From positions 1-64,000 of IMG/VR virus record IMGVR_UViG_3300045049_000056: a DNA stretch of 64,000 nucleotides, one strand, 5' to 3'. Below are positions 47,101 through 55,866 of the stretch, piece after piece (position 1 is the first letter of the stretch; every line of letters starts with the position of its first letter). A program made the translations under genes and the position numbers. A model generated the notes under the pieces. It saw only the letters and a list, made by a program, of their open reading frames with translations, made no database searches and was not told the DNA's origin. This stretch comes from a virus. Taxonomy: Duplodnaviria > Heunggongvirae > Uroviricota > Caudoviricetes.

Positions 47101-49707
47101 GGCAGAATTAACATCAGGGACAAGATCATTTTGTTTTTGCTTAAGAGCAATGTCGCTCATCAATCTGTCAAGCTGTTTCTGGATGTTGTATTTTTTACTT
47201 GCAGCATCATTCATCAGCCGGACATCTTTGGAATGAAAATCGTTGATGGCAGCAATAGCTTTTTCAAGATGCTCTTTTTCCAGAGCCATCTCTTTATCAA
47301 GCAACTCTTCCTTTTGATCTTGAGCATCCGTATCAGCAAGAAGGCCGTATTTGTTCTTGAAATCAATCAGCTTAATTTCGTTGTCTGTTGCGCGCTTCTG
47401 AACTTCGTACAGATCGTTCAGTCGATTCAGTTCTGCATCAAGACCCGACAAACCTTCAGTGTGAGGCTTAGGCTGTTTCTTTGAATAATAATCAGTGATG
47501 TCTTTGTTGCGCTTTGCAATAGCTTCATCCGTGTACATTGCGCTGGCTTTTTCAGCAGCTTCACGAACCTTTGCATCTTCAGAGAGCTTGTCACGAGCGA
47601 TAGCTTGCTTCGCCAACTCATCATTCACTTTCTGCTCAGCCAGAGCAATTTCTAGGGCAGACTGCTTAGATACTTGCCGCTGAACTGCAATCGTACGGGC
47701 AATAGCGTGCATACCGGCTGTCTGTTCTTGTTGCTCTTTACCTTTTTGTGCAGCTTCGGCGTCCTCGTTGTTCAGACGAACAGTGGCTTCGATAAGTTGA
47801 TTAACAAGCTTCAAACGGGTTGCAGCAAGTCCGGGGCTCATGCTCCCTTCAGGATTGCTCGCATCAAACTTACGGCCAAGGCGCTTGTTAGATTCTTCCA
47901 CCTCTTTGTCAAACTCAACCAAACGTGTTTTAAGGCGATCCACAATGGCAGCACTGGTATCTTTCTTGCCGATACCTAGCATGGTGTCCCAAGCTCCGGA
48001 AGCGGCTTCTTTGATGCCCATCCAGATTTGTTGAATAATCCCCAAGCTACCTTTCAACTTCTCAGCACGCTCTTGAAGTTTAGCTGCGTAAATCTCTTCA
48101 GCCATATTCATAGCTTCTTGAGCTTGACCCTCTTTCTCAAGCATGGAGATTTGTTCAAATTGGGATGCTGTGAGGAAGTGATACTGATCGTTCAGTTTCA
48201 GAATGTGTTGCGAAACTTGATCAGTGGAACGCTTCGTAGATGTAACAGCGGCGGTTGCAATCGACTCAAACTGCTTAATCATGTCGTCAGCAGACTTACC
48301 TGTGACGTGCGACATCTCAGCGATGGCAGGAGCAATAATTGCAATCTGTGTACCAGTGAAACGACCACTCTCTGCTAATTCACGAACAATCTTCTTGGCC
48401 TCACCCATGCTGCCAACGGCTTTACCAATATCGATAGCCATCTGATTCAGGTGACCACCAGTCATACCGGCGAAATCGCCTGTTTGCACAACAGCAGCGT
48501 TAAAGGCTTTAAGTTCGGCAGCACCTTTAAAGTAGGCCACTGTTAGCACAGCGATAGTCGCTACAACGCCAGCAATAGAGGCAGCGAACAGGCCAAAACT
48601 CATGCCAACAGCTTTTGCAGCTTCAGACATCTTCTCAAGCAAGCTTGGGAGGAAGTTGATACGCTCACCAAGAACGATAAGAGAGCCACCAAAGCGTTGA
48701 AACTGACCTTGGCTAAGTTCGTGGCCCAACACCATCAATTCACGAGCAGAGCCTGCTGTGAGTAGGTTGAAGCTCTCGTGTGGACCTTTTGTGTTGCGGA
48801 TAGTGTTTATGTAGCTGTTGATCTGTTTTTCAGTGTCAGAGCCAGCTTTCATCAGGCCAAGTTGTGCAGCTTGTGCACGCGTCAGTTCAGCTTGATAATC
48901 GCGCAGCTTCTGACCATGTAAGCCTGTAGCTTCTGCTTGGCGCTTCAGAGAATTGATGAAAGACTCAGCCGTCGATGCACGGGCTTGCTGTTCTTTCTGC
49001 TCAGCAGCTTCAGCAGCAGCAAGGCGCTCGGTTTCTTGGCGAAGTGCACGATTAGCGTCTGCAAGCTTCTTAGCGTCTTCAGCAGCCTTAGCCTTGGCTT
49101 GATTGGCATAGAACTTATCAGCATCAGCAGCAAGCTTCTTCTCAGATGCATAGTATTCGTCAGCAGCTTTGGTGAGGGCTTTCCACTCAGCTTCTTCTTG
49201 TTTCATCGCAGCCAGTTGTGCAGCATTGTCGCGCTTCTTATCAAAAGCAGCGTTCATGCGATTTGCCATCTCTTGTTGCTGAGCGTACCAAGCTTGTGCA
49301 GCGTCCATCTGTTGCTGCTGTTTAGCGCGAATGTCGTCACTTTCTTTTTGACGCATTGCTGCACGATCTGCTTGGCTCTGCTGGATGATTGCGGTAAGCT
49401 TGTCAGCAAGGGCCATACCGTCGAAGATTTCCTGCTGAGAAGCTTTGAAAGCTGCGAGGGTTTTATTGGCGTAAAACTCGTTGGCCTTCTCAGTCATCAT
49501 GTCGATGATTGCGTTGTAAGCAGACGCCGCCTGTTCGGCAGCATCCACTTGTGCTTTGGCGGATGCTTTAGCACCGTTGCCAATGTTAGATGTCTTTTTC
49601 TCAGCGTTCTCACCAGCTTTGGCAAGATCGTTGAGCGCTTTGGTTGTGTTTTCAATCCCTTCAGATTGCACTCGTACTGTAAGTGTACTAGCCTCAAGAC
49701 TCATCAT
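44125..49707 (-). CDS. tape measure protein (1860 aa)
   Basis: Very long, Ala/Gln/Lys/Glu-rich coiled coil with hydrophobic segments. Preceded by the G/GT pair. Confidence 0.9.
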   Translation of the reverse strand: MMSLEASTLTVRVQSEGIENTTKALNDLAKAGENAEKKTSNIGNGAKASAKAQVDAAEQAASAYNAIIDMMTEKANEFYANKTLAAFKASQQEIFDGMALADKLTAIIQQSQADRAAMRQKESDDIRAKQQQQMDAAQAWYAQQQEMANRMNAAFDKKRDNAAQLAAMKQEEAEWKALTKAADEYYASEKKLAADADKFYANQAKAKAAEDAKKLADANRALRQETERLAAAEAAEQKEQQARASTAESFINSLKRQAEATGLHGQKLRDYQAELTRAQAAQLGLMKAGSDTEKQINSYINTIRNTKGPHESFNLLTAGSARELMVLGHELSQGQFQRFGGSLIVLGERINFLPSLLEKMSEAAKAVGMSFGLFAASIAGVVATIAVLTVAYFKGAAELKAFNAAVVQTGDFAGMTGGHLNQMAIDIGKAVGSMGEAKKIVRELAESGRFTGTQIAIIAPAIAEMSHVTGKSADDMIKQFESIATAAVTSTKRSTDQVSQHILKLNDQYHFLTASQFEQISMLEKEGQAQEAMNMAEEIYAAKLQERAEKLKGSLGIIQQIWMGIKEAASGAWDTMLGIGKKDTSAAIVDRLKTRLVEFDKEVEESNKRLGRKFDASNPEGSMSPGLAATRLKLVNQLIEATVRLNNEDAEAAQKGKEQQEQTAGMHAIARTIAVQRQVSKQSALEIALAEQKVNDELAKQAIARDKLSEDAKVREAAEKASAMYTDEAIAKRNKDITDYYSKKQPKPHTEGLSGLDAELNRLNDLYEVQKRATDNEIKLIDFKNKYGLLADTDAQDQKEELLDKEMALEKEHLEKAIAAINDFHSKDVRLMNDAASKKYNIQKQLDRLMSDIALKQKQNDLVPDVNSAAEAIKQQKEQDNIMKQIEKQTAQVQAQVDAYNRLPDAVKAAGIRQKEMASEVEQSKIDALQAEKDDLLNMDAMYTIVNQRRIDQIDKEIAERLKLKGVLGQKEANDKQNSDALGRSSALTKVATEQIRMWKDVGSEIEKSLKASFGASGEAAGKMFKAFAEGQADQISLLDKARIISENKSLSETEKEKQLQDIRIQSAQNQVGMYGDMANAASTFFDKGSTGYQAMAKAAQVLHTAEVALSIIKGVNAILTQGEGDPYTAFARMAAMTALVAGLGVAITGGKGSGPMSSANQQKIQGTGTVLGSPTITDGVDVKLVGQKSDSIANSLKIAEKNSGLGLVVQNDMLNALNKLSGSIEKFATLAVQNSGLTGITANDSVSGIGNILSKVPVVGGILGKVGTAIFGGKKTVDDTGLNVKSASLAQIAMSGLTANQYTNTTTSGGWFRGDDHDTETKSLGAEFNDQITKIVLNMQDTLKTAATGLGMNADAFDEKLKSFVVDIGNISLKGMTGDEIQKTLENVFSKLGDQMAQFAFSDLQRYQKIGEGLMETVVRVANDLQQVKDVFDSLSKTIPAGVAAIAASEALVTQFGSVDNLTKGVKSYINAIYTDQEKLLPIIKSVNTAMDGLGLSYVKTKEQFKQVVDSLDLTTEAGAKMFAALMNIAPAFAQTIDDTEKLAQDARSALTDAYKRESDAIKETQSKMQDFVKTLKQLTSGSLLGDLSPLTPQQKYLEAKSQFETISQKAQGGDKDAQEQFSSAYSAFLEASKTANASGSQYQKDFQYAQSVAQKLTDWGQKQVDVAQATLDALNKQVEGLINVNDGLLTVSQAIANLIKALKGTPEGDKVANQAASNAQSAIEKLYNDILHRHSDQAGMDFWLSKIKEGVSLTDIANAIANSPEGKGEIKPIGTTSTTQAIAPVTATISTQAASNADVVKAVNTLNTTIIETTQAANNNLIGAVYDSQDKAAEKTVNGVSSAVSSTKTSSAYKIVER

Positions 49708-50198
49708 TGTCCCTTCTTAAAAAATTGCATCTGTTCTCTAATTCTCATCGCCACAGCGATTCCATCGACTTCTTCCGGGTCTTGTTCTGGTGCGTACGGT
49801 GCAGGACGTTTCGGGTCTGATGCTCTTGAATACTCTGTACAGTAAGCTTCCGACATCTTCTTAAGCAACTCTCTTTCCCACAAAGTTATCTCTAACTCGT
49901 TCTCTTCTCTAAATGCCTTAATCTCTTGCCAAGACAGGGGGACCAATCCCATACCTGTCTGAGTGGCCTGACCGCTCAAATAGAAATAGCCCAACAGATA
50001 CCCAAATGCAGACGGAATATCTGGCAGATGAATCTCTGTTGGGCCTTGAATCACTTCTCCGTCATCATCACGTTGCACAAGATTTACACCTTGAGCAAGT
50101 TCAAAACGGCTTTTAGTTGATTTTTCTGGAGTGGCGCCAAGCCATGCAAGCTGGCGCGCATAGAGAAGAAAGAGGTTGCTTAACGCTTCAAAAAATGT
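49704..50198 (-). CDS. T-frame extension of tail assembly chaperone (GT fusion via -1 frameshift)
   Basis: This frame is open from 50198 to the stop at 49704 overlapping the TMP start (ATGATGA). It is entered from G by a -1 slip at T TTT TTG. The track shows only 49704..50078 (TTG). Confidence 0.7.
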   Translation of the reverse strand, partial: TFFEALSNLFLLYARQLAWLGATPEKSTKSRFELAQGVNLVQRDDDGEVIQGPTEIHLPDIPSAFGYLLGYFYLSGQATQTGMGLVPLSWQEIKAFREENELEITLWERELLKKMSEAYCTEYSRASDPKRPAPYAPEQDPEEVDGIAVAMRIREQMQFFKKGQ

Positions 50199-50596
50199 TC
50201 AACACTCTGGACAGCTTTATTAACTTGCACTTTCACCCAGTCATAATGCGGGTCCAGATACAGCTTGCGGAAAGCTTCAGGATTATCAACCGGCTCACCG
50301 TTCAGCGTCATATTATCGACACGGACAGACAGGGCAGTGAGGAAATCAGCATTCTGTTCACGCAGTTCATCAGGGGTCGCTTCACGCTTACCACGTTTGT
50401 TGATCTTCTTCATCATAGCGTCAACAGCTTTTTGGTATTCGCGGCTTGCTTCACCTTTCACAGTCACTTGCACAGGTTTCGATTCCGGGTCTTCACCTTT
50501 TTCAACTGGCGCAAACAGCAGTTCACCAGTTGCAGGGTGCTCAAGTTGAACAACGGTTTCTTCAGTCAGAGCCAGCGAGTTAAGTTCAAAAGTCAT
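50180..50596 (-). CDS. tail assembly chaperone G (138 aa)
   Basis: Position and length match. The slippery site sits 3 codons before its stop. Confidence 0.75.
   Translation of the reverse strand: MTFELNSLALTEETVVQLEHPATGELLFAPVEKGEDPESKPVQVTVKGEASREYQKAVDAMMKKINKRGKREATPDELREQNADFLTALSVRVDNMTLNGEPVDNPEAFRKLYLDPHYDWVKVQVNKAVQSVEHFLKR
50189..50195 (-). promoter_or_regulatory. programmed -1 ribosomal frameshift slippery heptamer T TTT TTG
   Basis: Minus strand reads cat TTT TTG aag cgt taa. The -1 frame continues as F E A L S N... into the T ORF. Confidence 0.7.
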
Positions 50597-50697
50597 GGTA
50601 GAGTTCCTTTAAGTTTGTTATAATTGCTCTTGCGAGCGGGGTTTAGAGCTATTTTGCTCTTTGAAAAATCTTCTTCTAAACGCTCTAATATTTACTA

Positions 50698-50730
50698 GAA
50701 GGCTTAGAAGAAGAGAGGGCCGAAGCCCTC
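50698..50730 (-). terminator. intrinsic terminator/attenuator after major tail gene (GAGGGC-UUCG-GCCCUC + U-rich)
   Basis: Perfect 6-bp stem with UUCG tetraloop, followed by UCUUCUUCU on the minus strand. Confidence 0.55.
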
Positions 50731-50735
50731 GCGTA

Positions 50736-51197
50736 TTACGAGCCGGTAACAGTGATAACTGGGCTATCCAATTCCACGTCCACGTTCGATTGGAGGATGG
50801 CGTCAGCATTACCAATATTGGTCGGAACACCAGTCACGATGCCAGTGAAGTATTCCACGTCACCGAGAGCAGTCGGGTAAACAACTTTGAACGAAATCGA
50901 TGCGCGCGAGTTGAAAGCAGAGACAAGACCTGTGAAGTCAGCGCCTTTGTGGCGTGCCAGCGTCAGCGACATCGTGCCGTAGTCAACGGAACCAGCGCGC
51001 TTAACAACGGTAGCGGTGTCAACAGGGATGTGCTTCTGGACCGAAGTCTTACCACCAAATTGACCAATGTTGCTGACTTCAGAAACGAGCACCCAGCCAG
51101 TAACAGCCGTGTAGCCAGCCGAGTCAAACGTAGCAGGCAGAGTAGGCGAGAAATACAGTTTTGTGGTTGCGCTAGTAATAGCAGACGATTGAGCCAT
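50736..51197 (-). CDS. major tail (tube) protein (153 aa)
   Basis: Position upstream of G/GT. Beta-rich. Followed by a terminator. Confidence 0.7.
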   Translation of the reverse strand: MAQSSAITSATTKLYFSPTLPATFDSAGYTAVTGWVLVSEVSNIGQFGGKTSVQKHIPVDTATVVKRAGSVDYGTMSLTLARHKGADFTGLVSAFNSRASISFKVVYPTALGDVEYFTGIVTGVPTNIGNADAILQSNVDVELDSPVITVTGS

Positions 51198-51246
51198 TTT
51201 ATTTCCTTAATAATATATAAAATTAAAACTTGCAGGATATAAGAGA

Positions 51247-51639
51247 CTACATCTCCTGCCTATATTTAACCCTCACTGCACACCACAAGAATGCTGCATC
51301 AATCATCGCTTGACTTGCGTTCGGTGTTTGTTCAACAGAGAAAGTTTGGTACAACTCTTTTTGATCGAAAGGGAACAGTGCAATAATCTCATCAGAGAGA
51401 GTATCCAAGGCTTTCATGCCCTTTCCGTTTGGCGTGTAACAGTTAATTTGAAACACTCCATTTTTACGAATCCTAGAGCCATCTACTGTGGGGTTTGTAG
51501 TATCAGAGGCTAGGAACACTAGTTCAATCCAATTACCAGCAGAGGGCTTCGTAAACGGAACACCTTCAACTGCAATCGGGATATTCTTAACAGTGGCGTA
51601 CACGCGAAGGGCTTGCTCCACTTCTTGACGAATGTTCAT
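51247..51639 (-). CDS. tail terminator/completion protein (gpU-like, ~130 aa)
   Basis: Internal ATG (MNIRQEVEQ...) overlaps the upstream stop. The track ORF 51247..51708 extends 5'. Confidence 0.5.
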   Translation of the reverse strand: MNIRQEVEQALRVYATVKNIPIAVEGVPFTKPSAGNWIELVFLASDTTNPTVDGSRIRKNGVFQINCYTPNGKGMKALDTLSDEIIALFPFDQKELYQTFSVEQTPNASQAMIDAAFLWCAVRVKYRQEM

Positions 51640-52082
51640 CAAATAATCCCCTTCATGTTGTTGAAGCTCACATCTACAGGAGCGTAATATCTGCGCATAC
51701 CTGTCCAAGTCCAGCCGCTAACAGGGTCTTTACCAGCAGGCCAAGCGGCGTACTCAACTCGATATGCGTAGTTAAGATTGTTACTCAACGTAATGAATCC
51801 ATCTTTCTGATAGAAAGCGTTAGACTCCTTGACAACCATATCAATGCGAGCTAAGCTGTCACTACCGTTGCTAGTTGCACCTGTGATAGATGTGTCATAT
51901 GAATTCACAGCAGGGAACCAGTTGGCCACAAAATGCCCTGCAACATATGGACCATCACCTGTGTGTGGGGAATTGTTGACAATCTTGTAGAATAGCGTGT
52001 ACCCAACGAAGTTGATCTTTTGATTGACTTCCTTGTTCACACGCTCGATGTTTGATTTGAGAGAGTCCAGAAAACTTCCCAT
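51639..52082 (-). CDS. head-tail joining protein (147 aa)
   Basis: GGGAGGAGC then ATG. Has its own consensus promoter. Confidence 0.5.
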   Translation of the reverse strand: MGSFLDSLKSNIERVNKEVNQKINFVGYTLFYKIVNNSPHTGDGPYVAGHFVANWFPAVNSYDTSITGATSNGSDSLARIDMVVKESNAFYQKDGFITLSNNLNYAYRVEYAAWPAGKDPVSGWTWTGMRRYYAPVDVSFNNMKGII

Positions 52083-52102
52083 GCTCCTCCCTATAGATCA
52101 GA

Positions 52103-52131
52103 ATTATAGCACTGGCTAACATTCTTGTCAA
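52103..52131 (-). promoter_or_regulatory. consensus promoter, class B (TTGACAAGAATGTTA-N-TATAAT)
   Basis: Minus-strand -35 at 52131-52126, 17-nt spacer, -10 at 52108-52103. Confidence 0.6.
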
Positions 52132-52133
52132 TT

Positions 52134-52532
52134 TTACGGTTGCACAACATACGAACCTTCTAGTAAGGTTTCGGAGTAGTTTTTAGCTTTGACAGAAACA
52201 TCATACTGATAGAAACCTGCATCCATATTTTCAACCTTGAATGAAACAACACCCTTAATATCGGTGTTGATCTTCCCCTTGCTCGTGAGCACAACATCAT
52301 CATCTTTGGAAATCGTCAGGAAAATTGCCATTCCAGTTATATCAGCAGGAAGATTCGTTTTCATTTCAAAAACAGAGAAGATGTCTTGGTCAAAGTTGGA
52401 TAGGCTTTTTACAAGCTGCCGCTTCATAGCTCCAAGAGGCACAGCACGAAGCTGCACCCTTGGCTTAGCTGCAAATGTCACGTCATCTCTGCTCAAAGCT
52501 TCATTGATAACAATTACTTTGCACGAGTTCAT
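52134..52532 (-). CDS. hypothetical structural protein (132 aa), Ig-like beta composition
   Basis: ORF in the structural module. Confidence 0.5.
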   Translation of the reverse strand: MNSCKVIVINEALSRDDVTFAAKPRVQLRAVPLGAMKRQLVKSLSNFDQDIFSVFEMKTNLPADITGMAIFLTISKDDDVVLTSKGKINTDIKGVVSFKVENMDAGFYQYDVSVKAKNYSETLLEGSYVVQP

Positions 52533-53230
52533 TACTCCTCCGCAACATCAATGTACACAGTTCGTTCATCGGTGCGAGACGGTGTAGTAAGAGTCTTAAT
52601 CTTACATGCCACGGTTGCTGCGCTTCCAGCCGTACCGCCAGTAATGAACACAGTGACCTTGCTGCCATCCGAGAAACTTCCAACGCTACTTACACCATTC
52701 AGAGTGAACGTCACTTCGGAAATTTGGACAGACCCAATGTCATCTAACCAAGGAGTCCAATCGAAGGTAACATCAATCGTAGCATCAGGGTCTTTAGCCC
52801 CCCGTGGCTTTTTAGGATCAGTTAATGTCCACCACCTGCCGCCTGTAAACATCGGGCTAGTGGACTGAACAGTAATTGTTCTGGCTGTACTTGGTGTAAA
52901 CATTGGAATCGCCTGTGAAGTAGTTAAGTCTCCAGAAACAGTACTTTGTGAGATTAATAGTGCTGTGAATCTAACTCCGGAAGAGAGAGAACTCGCGCTT
53001 AACGTCGAGGCGGATGCCAGATTTGCTGTCAATTGGGCAGCAGGAGAACTTAACGCAGAGGTTAAAGCAGAAGCAGATAACAATATTGCGGACAGCTTAA
53101 TGCTTGTACTTATTACCGCTGTTACGCCGGATGTGGATGACAAAGAGCAAGAAAGAGACGCCGAGGAAGCGCTTGTGGCACTCCCCGACGAACCTACTGC
53201 ATCCATGCCTACTGCATTAAATGCTGGCAT
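52532..53230 (-). CDS. structural protein with ~110-aa Ser/Ala/Leu/Thr-rich low-complexity N-terminus (232 aa)
   Basis: AAGGAG RBS 6 nt before ATG at 53230, directly after the upstream TAA. The C-terminal half is a normal beta-rich domain. Confidence 0.55.
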   Translation of the reverse strand: MPAFNAVGMDAVGSSGSATSASSASLSCSLSSTSGVTAVISTSIKLSAILLSASALTSALSSPAAQLTANLASASTLSASSLSSGVRFTALLISQSTVSGDLTTSQAIPMFTPSTARTITVQSTSPMFTGGRWWTLTDPKKPRGAKDPDATIDVTFDWTPWLDDIGSVQISEVTFTLNGVSSVGSFSDGSKVTVFITGGTAGSAATVACKIKTLTTPSRTDERTVYIDVAEE

Positions 53231-53240
53231 GGTTTACTCC

Positions 53241-55856
53241 TTATACCCAAGTACCCGTACCGCTCGGCGCGATGAACTGACCACCACTCTGCGACTGGAT
53301 TTGGAAGTACAACGTACCTGTCGGGACACCCGTGAATTGGAGAATCTGTGTCCAAGTTTGTGCGTTATCACTCGACACGTACGCCTGAATCGTCGAACCT
53401 GTTCGGCGGAACTCCATCCAGTCGTTTTCTGCCGGAACTCGATTGGACACCAAGGTGCTGCCGCTACCGTAGTACATACCGTAACCTGCTGTACCTGCCA
53501 TCATGTTGCCCGAGTTGTAGCCGTAACCGTCGATAGTCTTCGTAGTTTTGAAGCCAATCATCGGCTTGGTATTTCCACTATTGAGCTGGGCAATCTTGAC
53601 GCGGATCGTACCATCACCAGACAGTCCAAGACCAGTGACACCACCCAGCGGACTATTGTCGTAACCAACACCTGCTGCGGTCTGATAGGAGTACGGTGCG
53701 ACGCTGGAGGTTTCCGTCATGCGCTGGAGAGTTGCGCCATTAAAGCGGATATCCTGTGTGCCGCTTGACGATGCGTTGACAACGTAAGTATTCGACGTTG
53801 CAGTGACACCAGTATTCACGCGGTCACGAACACTCAAGGTACGACCTGCACTGCTTGTAGAAGGCGTCAGACTAAAGGACCATGTACCATTCGCATTGAT
53901 GGTTGCTGCGATCTGCGTCCACACACCTGCTGTGTCATCACTCAAGCGATAATCGAGGTTTGCAGGCTGTACCGTAGTCCATGTACCGGACACGGTGAAC
54001 GGCGTACCAACTGTCTGCGTTGCAATCGTGTTGATCGATAGAGTTTCAGACGAAGCCGCAGATGCCGTGAAAGTAATACTTGTCGGATTAGTCAGGCTAC
54101 CATTGTTGGTTGTGCTGATCGTGATCGTGCCAGCAGCAGCGGCCGTATAAGTGAACGTGGCTGTCGGGCTGGCCGTTGTGAGCGAAACACTAGTCGGAGA
54201 GAACGTACCACCTGCACCGCCATCCGAAGGAGTTACAACGACTGTGCCTGTAATATTGGAGCCTACAGGCGATACACCGACAGTGAAGTTACTAGAAGCC
54301 ACACCCGCTGTACCTGTTGTCGGGCCAGTCAACGTAGTAGCTGTTGCTGTAGACGGAACGTTATTGCCGATGGATTGTGTCGTACTAACCATCTGATTGC
54401 CTGCCAAGTCACGCAAGCCGTTTGTTCCCGGTGCTGTGTACGTAAGCGTGCGAGCAGCTTCACCATAAACAAACGCAGGTGTAACAGAAACGTAGATGTA
54501 ATTACCTTGGACACGTACTCCAGTAGCAGTATGGCCCGTAAGCGTAAATGCCGAAGCAGCAGGAACATAGTTCGGATCAACAGGCTCAGATACCGACCAA
54601 GCAATTGTAGAGGCATCCGATGCGTACACAATTGCAGCACGAGTTACAGGGGCAGTTGTGTCAACGCCCTGCGACAACATTGCTTGAGGAATCACCGATG
54701 CCATATTGGAGCCTAGCAAACGTGCACCAGCGGCATTGTAATGGAGGTTGTCACCCATCATATAGCCGGACAACCCCGGAGTATAAGCACAACGGGGGAA
54801 TTCTGCTGCAACAGTACGATGAGCATTGTCAACAGATTGATAACCCGGATGTCCAGAGGTATCAGCTACGTTTTCAGCTACAAGACCTCCAATAACAAAC
54901 CAAGCATTGGACGCAGTAGGCACACGGGTACGAATGGCTTGGATAAGAGTCTTCATCGCGCCGGTGTAATTCAGTTGCAGGTTTGAGCCATAGTAATCTG
55001 CGTCACCTTCGCCCTGATGCCATGCGATTCCAACAACACGCGATGCCGGATAAATCTTCTGTGCGGCTGTAACAGCGAGAGTGGCTTGATTGATAGCATT
55101 GTCGAGCAGAACGCTACCTGTTGCGCCAAGAGCTACGCCGCTGCCTGCGGTGCCGTCTCCGGGGAACCATTCTCGTGTGTCTGCAAACAGTTTAGTTGCA
55201 CTACGTGCGGCAGGAACCAGAAGAACTTTACGATTGCTTGGGCACATACCCGCATACGTGCGGCCGAGCCAAGAGCCGGGACCAAGACCCGCACCATTGC
55301 CCATTGTTGGCAAAGACACTTGTGCGAAATAATGACGTAGAGGATCAACAGCTTGCGTAATCTTCTGATACGTAGTCGCATCATTCGGGTAGCTACCGAA
55401 CATGTAGACTCGGGAATCTGCGAGGTCGAGCAACGGAGTGTTAACGTCCATGCCAACCATGTTCGATTGACCAAGCAAAAGAATAATGTCAAAGCCGGGA
55501 TCGTACGGATTAATCAACCCCATATTCAACAGTGCAGCAGGGGCACTATTAAACACTGTCGGCGTACCTGCAATGAAATTGACGGCATTACCGTTATTGG
55601 AGCTATTAATAATCTTCGTGCACGTAATAACTGTTGTGCTCGTAATCGTGAAGAAAGCACTTTGCCAATTACCAGCACCGTCATCTACGATGAACGGAAC
55701 ATTGATATCGCCAACAGCAATTTCATTAGCACTAATGGCTTGTGCGAGAGTTCGGCAGCCTGTCAAAGCTGCGCCCATAGTAATTGTAGCGTTCACAGAC
55801 AGAGTTGTAGAACTCATGCTGGACGCTGTAACCTTTAAGCGATCTGCAAATTTCAT
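53241..55856 (-). CDS. large structural protein with SASA/SGNH (sialate O-acetylesterase-like) esterase domain, Ig-like repeats and C-terminal lectin-like region (871 aa)
   Basis: FDIILLLGQSNMVGM is the GQSN hallmark of SASA/DUF303 esterases. Thr/Ser/Gly-rich tandem beta-repeats follow. AGGTGA RBS. Confidence 0.65.
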   Translation of the reverse strand: MKFADRLKVTASSMSSTTLSVNATITMGAALTGCRTLAQAISANEIAVGDINVPFIVDDGAGNWQSAFFTITSTTVITCTKIINSSNNGNAVNFIAGTPTVFNSAPAALLNMGLINPYDPGFDIILLLGQSNMVGMDVNTPLLDLADSRVYMFGSYPNDATTYQKITQAVDPLRHYFAQVSLPTMGNGAGLGPGSWLGRTYAGMCPSNRKVLLVPAARSATKLFADTREWFPGDGTAGSGVALGATGSVLLDNAINQATLAVTAAQKIYPASRVVGIAWHQGEGDADYYGSNLQLNYTGAMKTLIQAIRTRVPTASNAWFVIGGLVAENVADTSGHPGYQSVDNAHRTVAAEFPRCAYTPGLSGYMMGDNLHYNAAGARLLGSNMASVIPQAMLSQGVDTTAPVTRAAIVYASDASTIAWSVSEPVDPNYVPAASAFTLTGHTATGVRVQGNYIYVSVTPAFVYGEAARTLTYTAPGTNGLRDLAGNQMVSTTQSIGNNVPSTATATTLTGPTTGTAGVASSNFTVGVSPVGSNITGTVVVTPSDGGAGGTFSPTSVSLTTASPTATFTYTAAAAGTITISTTNNGSLTNPTSITFTASAASSETLSINTIATQTVGTPFTVSGTWTTVQPANLDYRLSDDTAGVWTQIAATINANGTWSFSLTPSTSSAGRTLSVRDRVNTGVTATSNTYVVNASSSGTQDIRFNGATLQRMTETSSVAPYSYQTAAGVGYDNSPLGGVTGLGLSGDGTIRVKIAQLNSGNTKPMIGFKTTKTIDGYGYNSGNMMAGTAGYGMYYGSGSTLVSNRVPAENDWMEFRRTGSTIQAYVSSDNAQTWTQILQFTGVPTGTLYFQIQSQSGGQFIAPSGTGTWV

Positions 55857-55866
55857 GCATCACCTA

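Noticed and set aside
45274-47484. Several 200-280-aa plus-strand ORFs inside the tape-measure region
   Set aside because: Antisense of a long Ala/Gln/Lys/Glu-rich coiled-coil gene gives Leu/Ser/Cys-rich open frames. No RBS. Shadow ORFs.
52965-53768. 267-aa plus-strand ORF antisense to the structural genes
   Set aside because: GTG start without SD. It runs 500 nt antisense into the esterase gene where it becomes Cys/Arg-rich nonsense. Only its first ~90 codons look protein-like, which I note as a finding instead.
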